The translations under genes and the position numbers were made by a program. Source: Takakia lepidozioides (Eukaryota > Plantae > Bryophyta). Taken from it: DNA of 64,000 bases. Within the stretch, counting starts at the first letter, position 1; every line of letters starts with the position of its first letter. Where the stretch lies: positions 44,454,001 to 44,518,000 of the forward strand of contig CM060734.1 in NCBI GenBank assembly GCA_030704615.1, written 5' to 3'. Under the pieces are notes generated by a model, which saw only the letters and a program-made list of their open reading frames with translations, searched no databases and was not told the origin of the DNA. This document shows, piece by piece, positions 37,829 through 50,100 of the stretch.

Positions 37829-40800
37829 TGCCGAGGCAAGGCCGGGACAGACGAATTTGGTGCCGATGTATGCAGTGCATACAAACTGCACAGGGAGAAA
37901 GACTAGTTAGCCACAACACAACTGCTGCTCATGCATGGAGGGATGGCATTTCTGACTTAGATGAACGAATCGATCGCCCCAACTCACAAGATGTAGAGGC
38001 ACAAGAGTTGTCTTCTCAAGGGACAACATTAGATGGTGATGAAGAATTGGTAACATAGTTCAAGTTGTGGAGGAGGCTCAAATTGAGCATTTGGAGGACA
38101 ATGTTGGTACCCCGATGACATTGACTTCTGCCTTGTTGACCCGGCTCATAGCAGTGCAAGGGGTATGGGACAATAGTGGCATGTCCATCGAACTACAGGG
38201 CTTTATGCTCAAAGAGTTGTTTGGGGGGCTCAACATCAGGCGTGAGACTCCACTTGGGGAGCAGACTTTGGGGAAGTTGCTTAAACAAATGCCTGCAGAT
38301 TGGAACGGAGACTTGGATGGGATCCAAGCACCCTCATCGTGGGACAAGTTGTTGGAAACCTACAAGGAGTTAGGGATGGTGAAAGCAAGAAGGTGGAGGA
38401 TGTGTGTGGGTACCGAGGAATTTGCACATGCTGCTAATGTCTACAGACCTAGCATGGAGGATAATTACAAAACTGGCCAAATACAAAGTTGTGGGTGCAA
38501 TCCACCAAAGAACAAACGCGATTGTTTGGAGTGTGCCGAGCGATGTGCAGATTGTGGGACTTTGAGGAAGGACATGGTTGCCTTTGATTACCTCCCAATT
38601 GCGGAGCAACTGGACCTTATCATGCACTCGAAAACATATTGCAGAGAGATCTTGACCCTCTGGAGGAACCGTGATTGCTGGATGGGCAGGGATGCGATAG
38701 ACGCCCCTGCTCGGTTGGAAGAGTTCTGGGATGGTGAAAAAATGAGGGTTTATCAAAAAATTTGGAACCCAGAGCAGGAGTGGGCGTTACCGACATAGTG
38801 CCCTAATCCAGCTTGTAGAATGGTGTACAATGCATTTCCAAGCAGGTCTGAATACTTGAGGCGTGGTTGGGACGATGTAAGAGCGGTGTATGACTTTGAA
38901 TGTTGGCGGTGTCGAGGCAGCATTGTAGCACCAAAGAAAATGTGCAAGGGTGACCCAAGGTACATCGCTTTGGGAGCCCATTGGGATGGCTTTTTGACAA
39001 CAAGACGCAATTCAAGATATTGTTGGGTACTAGAAGTAAATAACTTGAACGCAGGCAAGGGAAGTTCCATTAGTTTGTTGCCCGTGTTGTTCATTCCCTT
39101 CAACACATGTCAAGAGGCTATTTTGGACAGGGTGAAGGATTCAAGGCCCTCCTTTTTACAACCTTTCATGGAGGAATTGGAGCAGATGTTTGTAGATGGA
39201 TTTCAAACCCATTTCCGATATCCTCCACGCTTGATTAGCAGACATCTGTCAGGAATTGTTTGAGGGTGTTCGAAAGTGGAAACGTGCATCCACAAATGTT
39301 GTTCGAGAACAGCTTGGACGTGAGAGTGGTGTTTCAGGAGAGTCACCTCTTTGGCGGTTGTACCACCTCTATGCGTTTGACATCTCTCAAGATCTAGTTT
39401 ACGATATGATGCATATTGCAGGTTTGAACCTCTTCAAACACTTCATCTCCAAGCTATTCTTTGAAGTGGTTGGCCTCCAAGATGCCTCTGCGCTATTAGT
39501 AGAGATCACACGTATATGCAAATGCGTCACCAGCACACGACCGTACGAACTCAAGCAAGGCAGGTGGCCGACTAATCCTGTAGAGAGGCATTCTGCATAC
39601 ATGGCTGAAGAAAATCAGCATTTCGTTCAATGGATGTTGCCGCACGTCCTTAATTTGCTGCACGGACGGATATCTCAGAGCAGGTGGACAATTGGGTTCA
39701 TTCTTGTGGATATTTCTCATTATTTTTTTAATTGGACAAGGAGGAAGGGATGGATGGTAGAGGACCTTGATGATGTACGTGTCCTCCTCCAAGCATGGCG
39801 AGTGCACTCAGAGGAGCTGGATGGACCCAATGGTGCTCCTTTAGAACATGTTGCAGGTGCTGCACATATTCTAGAAGATGTTCTTAGGTTTGGGCCCAAT
39901 GATGTGTACTGGTGCTTTGCTTTTGAGCGCGAAGTCTCGCGCTATGGAAGAATAAAGACGAACCAAAAGTTCATGGAGACCACCTTCATTCAGTACTATT
40001 CACGGAGGCTTTTCAGCAGTGTGATGGATCGGGTTGGCGAGGAGAAGGATGGCTTCCAGATGGACCAACGAGCCATTTTACTAATACACAAACATCTTGT
40101 TTGTCCCACAGGTAATTGCACATGTTAATTGTTTTTGTACCCAAATTGAGGGTGTCTAGAGCTTGTTGGCTGCCCAGCTTCACTTGGTTTCCGAATCTTG
40201 TCCGAAATTTTTCTCACATAGTTTTTCCTTTGATGAACAGGAGTTGATTGGGAGATTGAAGGCCGGTTTTGGTGTCCTCCGTGGCACAACAGGTGTGCCA
40301 TGAGGGTACCTTCCATCGAAAGGGCAAAGGAAGTCACAAAACTACTAAGGAACACAACTCATAGCGCTTGAGGGGATTCTAATAGGGAAAAATGTTGTTG
40401 CGGGTGAAATTGCGTCCCCTGAAATTGATGAGTATTTGCACATGCATATCACGGAGCAACAAGGACATTCTTGGAGGGAAGAGGAATGGACATCCGCAAT
40501 CCGCAAATTCAACTCCATCATGCTCCAGGGTGTCTTGTACAAAGTGGGCAGTGATGTAGTTGTTAAGCCAGATGATGTTCATGGAACACCCTTCAAAGCG
40601 AAAATCAGAACGATTTTCAGTCATGACTTTAGGAGTGAGGTTTCAGTCTACTTTGCTGCTGACTATTACTTGCATTTGCAGGCTGAGTAAGGACCCAACC
40701 GTGCACTTGTCGACCTTGTTGATGAAGTGACTGGGATGAACGTCATTCTTAAAGCCAGGATGTTTCCATTTGACTCCTCTTGCATTCGACCAATAGATTG

Positions 40801-40936
40801 CATCCTGCACAAGTTCATGGCAATAGATCAGGCACCTCAGGGACGAGCTTACAATATTGCATATGAGTTGCAAGATAACGAACGTCGCACACGTTTGCTT
40901 GCACAATGCCGAACTTTTCTTGAGGGTGGACTTTGA
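37829..40936 (+). mobile_element. Decayed divergent CACTA/En-Spm (Tnp2/Transposase_21-like) transposase
   Basis: N-terminal CxCxxC..T...H zinc motif, FDYLPIAEQL, EEFWDGE, ALGAHWDGF, FLQPFMEELEQM, LVYDMMH, YWCFAFER; several stops and an internal deletion near 39256; termini not found. Confidence 0.75.
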
Positions 40937-43900
40937 GGTACACAAACAAACCAATCATTCCGATGTTTGTACTCGTTTCATGAGATTCTATCCAAAGATC
41001 ATTTGGATGGGCAACCAATCATTGACAGTTCGTGGGAATGGTAGCTTCCATCTTGAACGGAAGGGCAATGTGTTTTCCATATTTCATGTTGCCATGTGTG
41101 TCTTAATATTTGGTGTCTTCATACTTGTCACACCTGTAATTTAGGCATCTAAATAGGACGCAGCTTGGTGATAATAAGCCGCTTCAAGGGTGAGGGACTG
41201 TACTGAGGGTTGTACTTTGTCTCCAATTCTGTATGATCCAGAGCCCCCTGTCTGAAGTATTTCTATACTTAGTGCAGCTTTAAGGATTGTTTCAGTGGGA
41301 AGTCTGGTGATGTGCCCTCCACACAGTGGAACATGTATTTTTTAATTAACCAGCCAAGGGTTCAGCTACCATGAAGAGGCAGACTTCATGTTCTTCCTTT
41401 CATCACCTGTGTCACACTCATGCTACTCTCCTTGGACTGGCCTACCATTGCAACTGTCATCAAGAGGGAAGGACAAAGCCAAGATGAATGCACTCTTCAG
41501 GTGGATGCATCTTCTACCTGATTCTGCTCTCAGCAGCCAAAAGACATAGCAACAACTCTAGTGTCCCATTCAAATGAAGGCCACCACCTTCATACCTGAC
41601 ATACTGGCATGGCTATGCCCCTCCAAACATTGTATATTTACACTGCCGAAGTGCCATAAGTTATGTGTAGTTTTTGCATACTTCGTATCATCTACACTGA
41701 TATGTGTACAGATAATGTTTTTCTGTCGCCTGTCTGTTGTCCAATGGGGAATGCTTGCTGACAATGTCAGAGTCCATGGCATGCTTGCACTTGTCCACAA
41801 AGTTATGCTTCCCAAGGTCATGTAGCTGTGGCTATAGACTCCCGTTATCATGGAGACCGCGGGCACACCCCACATGCCTATGCTGATGTATGTGACATTT
41901 GTTTCGCCAATGTGCCTTCAATGTCTTTTACTACCATGGTACATTGCTAGTCAGCCTTCTCCTTTGCTATCCATGCCTGATGAGTAGAAGCCAGGAATTG
42001 GCTTTTACAGATTCCAGAGGGAACCAGGTCAATTTCCTGACAGTAGCAAACTGTTTTGGCACAGGCACTGATTGCTGCATGGAAGACTGGTCAGGAGATG
42101 CCATTTATTTTTGACACGGTATTATCACTATCATTCTATCTTCAGACTGTGAAATTCAGTTGCTTTGCTTGCTAAGATGGTAGAGACTACTCATCACTTT
42201 GTTGAGGGCTCCTCGTTCATATTCCTCCTGAATGAGAATATCATGTGATGTTCTGGAAGGACTGCTGTGGAGAATTTGGTTCTTTCTTCTTCGATTCTTA
42301 TTTGTGTTTTCTGGTAAGCTAGCAGGATAGGCACCCCCCTTTTCATTAGTCCATGTACAGGACCATTGTTTATAACTCTTCGTCTGCCATGGGTTGAGAA
42401 TGATGGGATGCTGTCGATGGGTGCTTCGTCTCCATGTGAACGAGAGAATGTACCCATAAGCTGTTGTTTGTGTGAGGGAGGGAGGGAGGGAGGGAGGGGG
42501 GAGGAGCAAGGGCAAGAGAGGGCGAGAGAGGGAGCGAGTCCTTGAAGAGGTGGAAAAGAGACCCAATTAATGTGTTAACAAAGGAGAGTACCATTGCTTT
42601 GCCTATTCTATTGGTGCAGGCCCTGCAAGACGAGTATTGAGGGAAAATAAGGTTGCAACCAACCAAGGGTCAGAAATGTTAGTGGACAACAACAAGATGA
42701 ATCCTGAGAGCTTCCAAGGCTCTTTGGCCTGCAACATAAATGAAGATGGTAATGGTAACGGTGATTTTTCAGTTGATCCTAGGAAGCGAAAAGCTGAGGG
42801 GGAGCCTTCCGGTGGGGATACCTCTCTGCTTTTAACAGGGGAACCTTCTCCTGGGAACTCCTCTCTACTTCGGACAGATGATGGTCTGGCAGGTCCAATT
42901 ATAGCCCTTGCAGTAGGGGCCTGGACAACCAGTTAGACAAGCAAAAGAAACTCACGAACCTCCAAGGGCATGAGAGAGGGCAAGACAATGCTGGGAGAAA
43001 GATCGGGAGTAGGATTAGTCTAGAGGTATACACTAATGGGGGTCTGGTAACTCCAGAGCTTGTGGATGCGGCATTGTACTCTGAAGGGCAGAAGAAAGAG
43101 TCAAGTAGACATGATGGAGAACCATGTGTATCAAGGACATCAAGAGAATTTGTAGCACTCGCTAACTCTTCTCCTGCTTTGGCCAAGCTACAGACACACA
43201 TGGAGGGCATGCGTCTACATTATGGTGCCTTAGTAAGAGTCCTCTCTATTTCTACTATGTTTGGTCCACCCTCTTTGTATCATAAGCTCTTTAAGCATCC
43301 AGTTGATGTCACAAAAGTATCATTGTTTCCTTCTCACCCATGGGTCCTCATGGCCTTTTGTGGATGTTACGAACTTTGTCTCTTTCTTCTCTTCTCACGA
43401 GACTTCCTCTTGAATTCCAATATTCCATGGAAGAGTAATCGTACTGGAAGTTTGCGCGTGAATCTTGTTCTTAGGCTCTTTATGTTTGCTTGCACATCTG
43501 ACTTAGTATTAGGTTGCAAGCTGATTGTTCTCCGTTTGTGCAGGAAACTGGGTCAGCTTCTGAGGCTCCCAAGCCCTTTATGGTCTCTTCAAGCACGGAT
43601 GGCTTGAAAGCAAAAGATGAAGATAGCCTGCTTGCAAGGGGATCAACCACTGTTGAGGAAGCCCCCAAAAATCCTAGTGTTGACAGCCCCTCTAACTCCC
43701 TTGGTTCCATATCCTTTTTAGAGAGGACTGCACAGGGGACAACTGCTCCATCAAAACAATCCTCAAAAGGACTAACTTATACCCCCCCCCCCCCCCTCTT
43801 GTATCTTCCTCTGTTGGGCAACCTCTGCCAGCAATAATCTCGGAAACTGCTTCCTTGACTGGCTATTCGGTTGTGACTTCTCAGACTCTTGATATTCCAC

Positions 43901-44199
43901 AAAAGGCCTCTTCATCACATGAAGAATGGTGTCATGCACGGGGAGTGCGGTGGCTGTTTGGCTGCTGTTCAGCCTACTGTAATCTTGGGGTCTCTTTCTG
44001 TGTCTTCCATTAGCTCTCTGGGCTTTTTGGAACATATAGCATTATTTTTTCCTTGTGTATTTCTTTCCTTTCGTTCTTTCTTCCTTTGTGTCCCCACACA
44101 AGGTGACTGTAAGCAGTAAATGACTGCTGCCTATTATGCAGGTTATTTCACAATACCAAAAACTGTTTATGCTCCTCATCTGGGAGAGTACACACTAGT

Positions 44200-46350
44200 T
44201 TCTTTCCATCTTAGAACACTGAAATCCCATCAAGGGCCACTTCAAGCTGAACTCCCACTGGTTCATATACCACTTGCTCATTATTTTGTCCTTCTTGAGC
44301 TCCCATCAATTTTTCTGTTGCCTCAACTGCGTCCACTGTTCCTTGCATTGCTCCCACCGGTTCAGGTATTTCCACTGAGTCCTCAAGATCATCATACAGA
44401 TCCATGATGGAGACTCCACTTTGAGTTTGTAATGACTGTGTTATAGATGTGTATGATCCCTCATCAAACACAACATCTCGGCTGATTATCACTTTCTTAG
44501 TGTTGTTGCGCCAGAGCCGATACGGCTTTGCTCTCGGTGCAATATCCTATGAATGCACATTTCTTGCACTTAGGATCACGTTTGCATCTCATCTGCTTTA
44601 GAATGTGAGAATAGGCATCTGATCCAAAAATCTTGATATGAAGAACAAATGGTCTTGCTCCTGACCATGCTTCGATCAGTGTCTTCCCATCCAGTAACCA
44701 TGTTCATGTTCTATTCAGGATGTAAGCACTCGTTAGTACTGCCTCTGCCAGGAATTCCAGGCCAATATTGCTTGTATGCAACATACTCCTTGTTGACTCA
44801 GTGATGGTTCTATTTTCTCTCTCAGCAACAGCGTTATGCTCCGGTGTATAAGGAGCTGTCAGCTCACGGCGATTCCCTCTTTCTTACAAAGCTCTTTAAA
44901 AGCTGAACTCATAAACTCTCCACCTCGGTCACTACGAACTATCTTGACATTGTTCTTTGTTTCTTGTTGTGTCTGCTTAAGGACGTACGAAAGTGCTCTA
45001 TGACTTCAGACTTCTTCTTCATGTAGAAAACCATTCTGTACCCTGAGAAATCATCTTTGAAAACTACGTAATACCTTGACCCTCTGATGGAGTCTATTTT
45101 CATCGGTCCACACACGTCCGTGTGTAAGAGATCTCCAGCTTTCTTAGCTTTTACTCTCTCATCATTGATAGGAAAGCTCTGTCTATGGCTCTTGCCATAG
45201 GCACATCCTTCACAGAAGGTAGATGCCTCACTCAGACTACCTATCTTCAGACATTCTACACTCTGTGATGCCTCCATTTTCTTGATCATAGCATGATTTA
45301 GATGTCCCAAACGACAATGCTAGAGATGTAAATTGCTAGGGTTTGACTCACTCAAGAAAACGATGCTCTCATTTTTGCCATTTAACAGACCTTTGTCGAT
45401 ACTCTTAGGTATAATGACCTTCAACTGCAGCTTATACAGTTTCCCTTCATGCAAACCTACCATCACAACTCTTCATCATCCCTCATTGCAAATTAATTTG
45501 CAACCCTCTTTGTTATAGGTAGTGACAATTCCCTTGTCTGCTTGTCCGATTGAGAATAGATTCTTTTTCAACTTAGGGACATATAAAGCCTTGGTAATCA
45601 CTCATGTTCTCCCACCTGTCTCCATCAAGACTCAGAATCTTGATATCCCCAACCCCCTCAACCCACACAGACTCATTGTTAGCGACCACGACAGGTCACT
45701 TCCCCTTAGCTATTGGTTCCAAATTCTTGAACCACTCTCTTTTATCGGTCATGTGCTCACTTGCACCGCCATCAGCATACCAACAGTTACTCTCAGCCAT
45801 GGTAACTCTAGAAGATTGAGCCCTGTGAACAGTGTATGCAGTGCTAATATTGTCCTCTGGAGACATACTCTCCACTTGGTTTGCTTGACTTGTCTCTGCT
45901 GCCTTATTATCAGGACACTCACGTTCCTAGTGTCCTCTTCTTCCGCAACCATTGCAATGAGTTCGTTTCTTCAATTCCTTGATTCTCATTTCCTGACGTT
46001 CAGCATACGTCAATCTTGGCTTACCATCACCGCTTCCGCTGCTGTTCATATTACCTAGCCGACCAACAAAAAAGACCTTATCTCTGGCTTCATCAAATGC
46101 TCCTCGTTCTTTGTTCAGGGTTTCTTCTTTTAGCAGTCTTACGATAAGTTTCTCGATCATCTACTCATCCTTCAGAACACTGTCCTACGCTGAGATCATG
46201 TGTCGGTATGAAGGAGGTAAACTGCAAATAATCTTGGTGATTGCTCGATCTGTTGTGGCCTCCCAAAGATCGTTAAGCTGGCAGGCCATGGACTCTATGG
46301 TGCTAATGTGTTCAGCTACAGCATCACCATCACTCATAGTCAGCAAATAG
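44200..46350 (-). mobile_element. Ty1/copia gag-pol remnant (UBN2 gag, zinc knuckle, protease, integrase); RT/RNase H absent
   Basis: CSLPPSY, CNGCGRRGH, WYADGGASEHM, HCRLGH..CEGCAYGK, LLHTDVCGP, IISRDVVFDE; many stops and frameshifts. Confidence 0.92.
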
Positions 46351-46359
46351 GTGGCAGTC

Positions 46360-46922
46360 CACTGAGCAGTCACAATCACAGATGCCAGTCAGTCACATTT
46401 TGAATCTTTAGCTAGTTGGATCTCCCGCACTTAGTAGCACCTGTATTTTTGTGGCTGACGATACTCAGTTAGTTTTTTGTGTGTTCATAACGTGGTGTAG
46501 TTCTACTTACAGATGTCTGAGCATCATGGATTCCATGGTTTCCATTGTAGATTGATAAGCCGCATACTTCTCAGTGTTTTAGTAGTGTTAGATAGCTTCT
46601 TCATAACTTACTGGCTATTCTGTAAACAGCTATGAGCAAGCAGTGAAATCAGTATTTCCAATAGGTTATGGGCCCACAATCGCTTAATGTTGTGTGAGAG
46701 ATTTTCTTACTGTAGAAGCAAGGGTGATAGAAGAAATGGCGTCAGTGAAGACAGATTCTAAGAACGTGATGAATATTGAGAAGTTCACGGAAGATAACTT
46801 CCAACTATGGAAGTGTCAGATGCAAGTGTTATTCCGAGCAAAGAAGCTTTTACTTGTTGTTGAGGGAATAGAATTGAGAGAAGAAGTTTTGGATCAGGAT
46901 GAGTGGGATGACAAAGATAATT
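46360..46922 (+). mobile_element. Ty1/copia LTR end, half-tRNAiMet PBS (46664-46676) and gag N-terminus
   Basis: ttccaata then GGTTATGGGCCCA, followed by MAS...IEKFTEDNFQLWKCQMQVLFRAKKLLLVVEG (copia gag N-terminus). Confidence 0.85.
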
Positions 46923-47146
46923 GTTGGAAGATTTGCGGGTCATAGTTGGTGAACTCACAAATAGACTTTCCTTTATAGTCGTGGATACTGACATCTACAA
47001 CATGCAGATTTCAGAATGGACTTTGGGGTAATAGATCTGCTCACTGTCATAGTACTTGTTGGAAAGCCGAAAGTCTGTGCCGACTTCTCAAAATATAACA
47101 TAATATAATATTAAAAAAAACTGAAAATTGGGAGGCTGGAAGTCTG

Positions 47147-50100
47147 TGTCACGGACATAGCCGAGAGGAACTTACCAGGAGTAAATACCAGAAGTTACCA
47201 AGTTACCAAGACTTACCGTGATTTACCATGATCTACCATGATCTACCATGATTTACCATTACTTACCAAGTTACCGGGAGTTTACCAAATTACCAAGAGT
47301 AACTTGGGAAACTGCTCAAGAAGCTTCATTTGGAGGAATCTTCTCCATCAAGATACCTCCTTTGTTTAAGGAAGCTTCTCCATCAAGAAACCTTTGTTTA
47401 ATCTTGGAAACTTCTCCATCAAGAAACCCATAGGGGAAGCTTCTTAGGGAACTTATTAGTAGTCAGTATATATAGGAGGCGAGACTGGACACTCTTCAAT
47501 CTCGCCAACACAAGTTCAAGCTACTCTTGTTCCCAGTCCCAGTACTCCAGTACAGCTTCCGGTATCTAGTCCAGTTTCCAGTATTTCAGTATTCGAGTCG
47601 AGTTCCAGTATCTTGTACTCTTGTCCATTGTTATAAAGATCATCTTGATTCATGTTTACCCACCATGCATTCGGCCAAGCCGACCTTGACTTCTTGTCTA
47701 GTTTTGTACCTCTAGTCTGATCTCTTGTTTGTGTTCAGTCATGTTCTCGTCCTTGACAGTTTGACGAGACTAAAGTTTGTTCCTTAGTTTGTTAAGATGG
47801 AAGGCACATTTGCGGAAATGGTTGCCACATTGCAGAGTCTTCAGCTCCAGATGCAAGATCTTCGTACCTGTACCGCCCAATTGCAAGCTGATCAGTTTCA
47901 AGATCTTGGCAACGCTTTCTACAATTTGCAACAATAAATTTCAGAATTAAAGGAGTCGAACAATGGTTCTTCAACCATACGAGTCCCTACTGCAACAGCT
48001 CCTACTGCAACGGTTCATCTTCAACAGATTACGAGAGAACCAAAGATCAGCATGCTCGAGAAATTTGATGGGACGAGATTAAGATTTCGCGGTTTTGTTC
48101 AACAAGTACGACTGTTCCTACGACTACATCCACAACGTTACCCCGATGAAGGTATTTAAGTGGGATTCGTGAGTACCCTTCTATGAGGCACTGCCCTATC
48201 TTGGTTTGCACCGCTATTAGAAAAAAATTCGCATTTACTATATAATTTTGAAGCATTCATGTCCGAATTCACTGCAACGTTTGGAGAGAATGATAGAGAG
48301 AGAGTTGCAGAGACAAAGATGCGAAATCTTCGACAATGAGCACATCCAGCTTCCGTTTTTGCTGCCGAATTTTGAAGACTTGCGTGCGACCTCGACTGGA
48401 ATAAAAAGAGCCTCATTAGTCAGTTTCGATGTGGACTAAAAGATGATGTAAAAGATTTGTTGCTGACAATGCCAAACGTGAGCACACTGAGTGAATTCAT
48501 CACCCAAGTCATTGCATGCGATAATCGTTTGTTCGAAAGACATCAAGAGAAGCGATCTGGATGGTCGACGACGCATCATGCCATTGCTACCACGGCACCA
48601 AACACAATGATCCATCAGACATCCGATAGCGATCCTATGCAGATTGATACTGTCCGATTCAAGCCATTGACGCCACAAGGAAAACAAAGACGGTGCTCGA
48701 ATGGATTATGCCTCTATTGCGGAGAAGAAGATCACATAGCATTAAACTGCCCCAACAATAGAAGATTCAAAGCTCGGGGCACAACTCAAGTATTCGATAC
48801 GAGGAGGTCGGAAAACGAAGATGTCTAGTCACATTAGGGACCATGCGGCTGGACACCACAAATTTCTTATCGAAAAAAGGTCTTTTTCTATCCCCAGACC
48901 CTGCACTTGCTTCACAGTTCACGTAAAATCAGAGTGTAAAATCGAGATATCTCTGTATAAGCACTTTTGGACTCAGGGGCTTCAGCTTGTTTTATGGACA
49001 AATTTTTTACGAAGCAACACAATTTAACGCTCGTAAAGAAGAAACTTTCGGCCTCCGTTGAAGTCATCGATGGACGACCGTTAGCATCAGGAAATGTGGA
49101 TCATGAAACTCGACCACTTGAAGTGAAGCTTAAAGATCAAGCATCACATATTGTTTTCAACGTCATCAAGTCTGCAACGAATCCTATGATCCTTAGACTT
49201 CCCTGGTTCGTACTTCACAATCCCGACATCGATTGACAATCGTGAAAAAATTCTGCAAGACAAAAATGTAGAAATATCAAAAGAATTCAACCCCTGTTCC
49301 TTGGAGCTAGAGCTTTCATGAGAGCTACAAAAAAAGAGGCGGCATTTGCACTTTATGCGACTCCGATCAAGGCCACAAGAGACAAATGTACTTCAACATT
49401 ATCCGCTCAATATCAAGATTTCAAAGATGTCTTCGAGAAAAAAAATGCAAACATATTGCCAGAACATCGACCTTATGACTGTGCAATTGAGTTACAAGAA
49501 AGAGCCCAACCACCATTCGGCCCAATTTATAACTTATCCCAGACGGAGTTGGCTGCATTACGTGAATACATTGATGAAAATTTGTCGAAGCACTTTATCC
49601 GACATTCAAAATCACTTGCGGGGGCGCCTATCTTGTTTGTGAAAAAGAATGACGGATTATTACGCATGTGTGTCCACTATCGCGGTCTCAACAAAGTCAC
49701 AATCAAGAATCGTTATCCATTGCCGCTGATTTATGGGTTTCTCGACCAGCTAGGACGAGCGAAGATTTTCACCAAAATTGACTTGAGATGAGCTTATAAC
49801 CTTGTATGGATAAAGAATGAGACGAATGGAAAACAACTTTTCGAACAAGGTATGGACATTTTGAATACAGTGTTATACCTTTCGGTCTTACAAATGCTCC
49901 AGCAATTTTCCAACATATGATGAATGACATTTTTCGAGAATTTTTAGATGACTTTGTAGTCATCTATTTGGACGACATTTTGATATTTTCACATAATGAA
50001 GAAGAACATGGCCGCCATGTACGCCTCGTCCTTGATAAATTAAGAAAAATAAGACTATATGCCAAGTTGGAGAAATGATTTTTTCATCAATCTGAGGTCG

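Noticed and set aside
42637-43837. Low-complexity ORFs that might be a second (TnpA-like) CACTA gene
   Set aside because: No diagnostic motif; cannot be supported from sequence alone
47200-47620. Short tandem units in the LTRs (ttaccatgat, cttctccatcaaga, ccagt) resembling a CRISPR-like array
   Set aside because: No unique spacers, eukaryotic context; ordinary LTR-internal repeats present in all three LTRs
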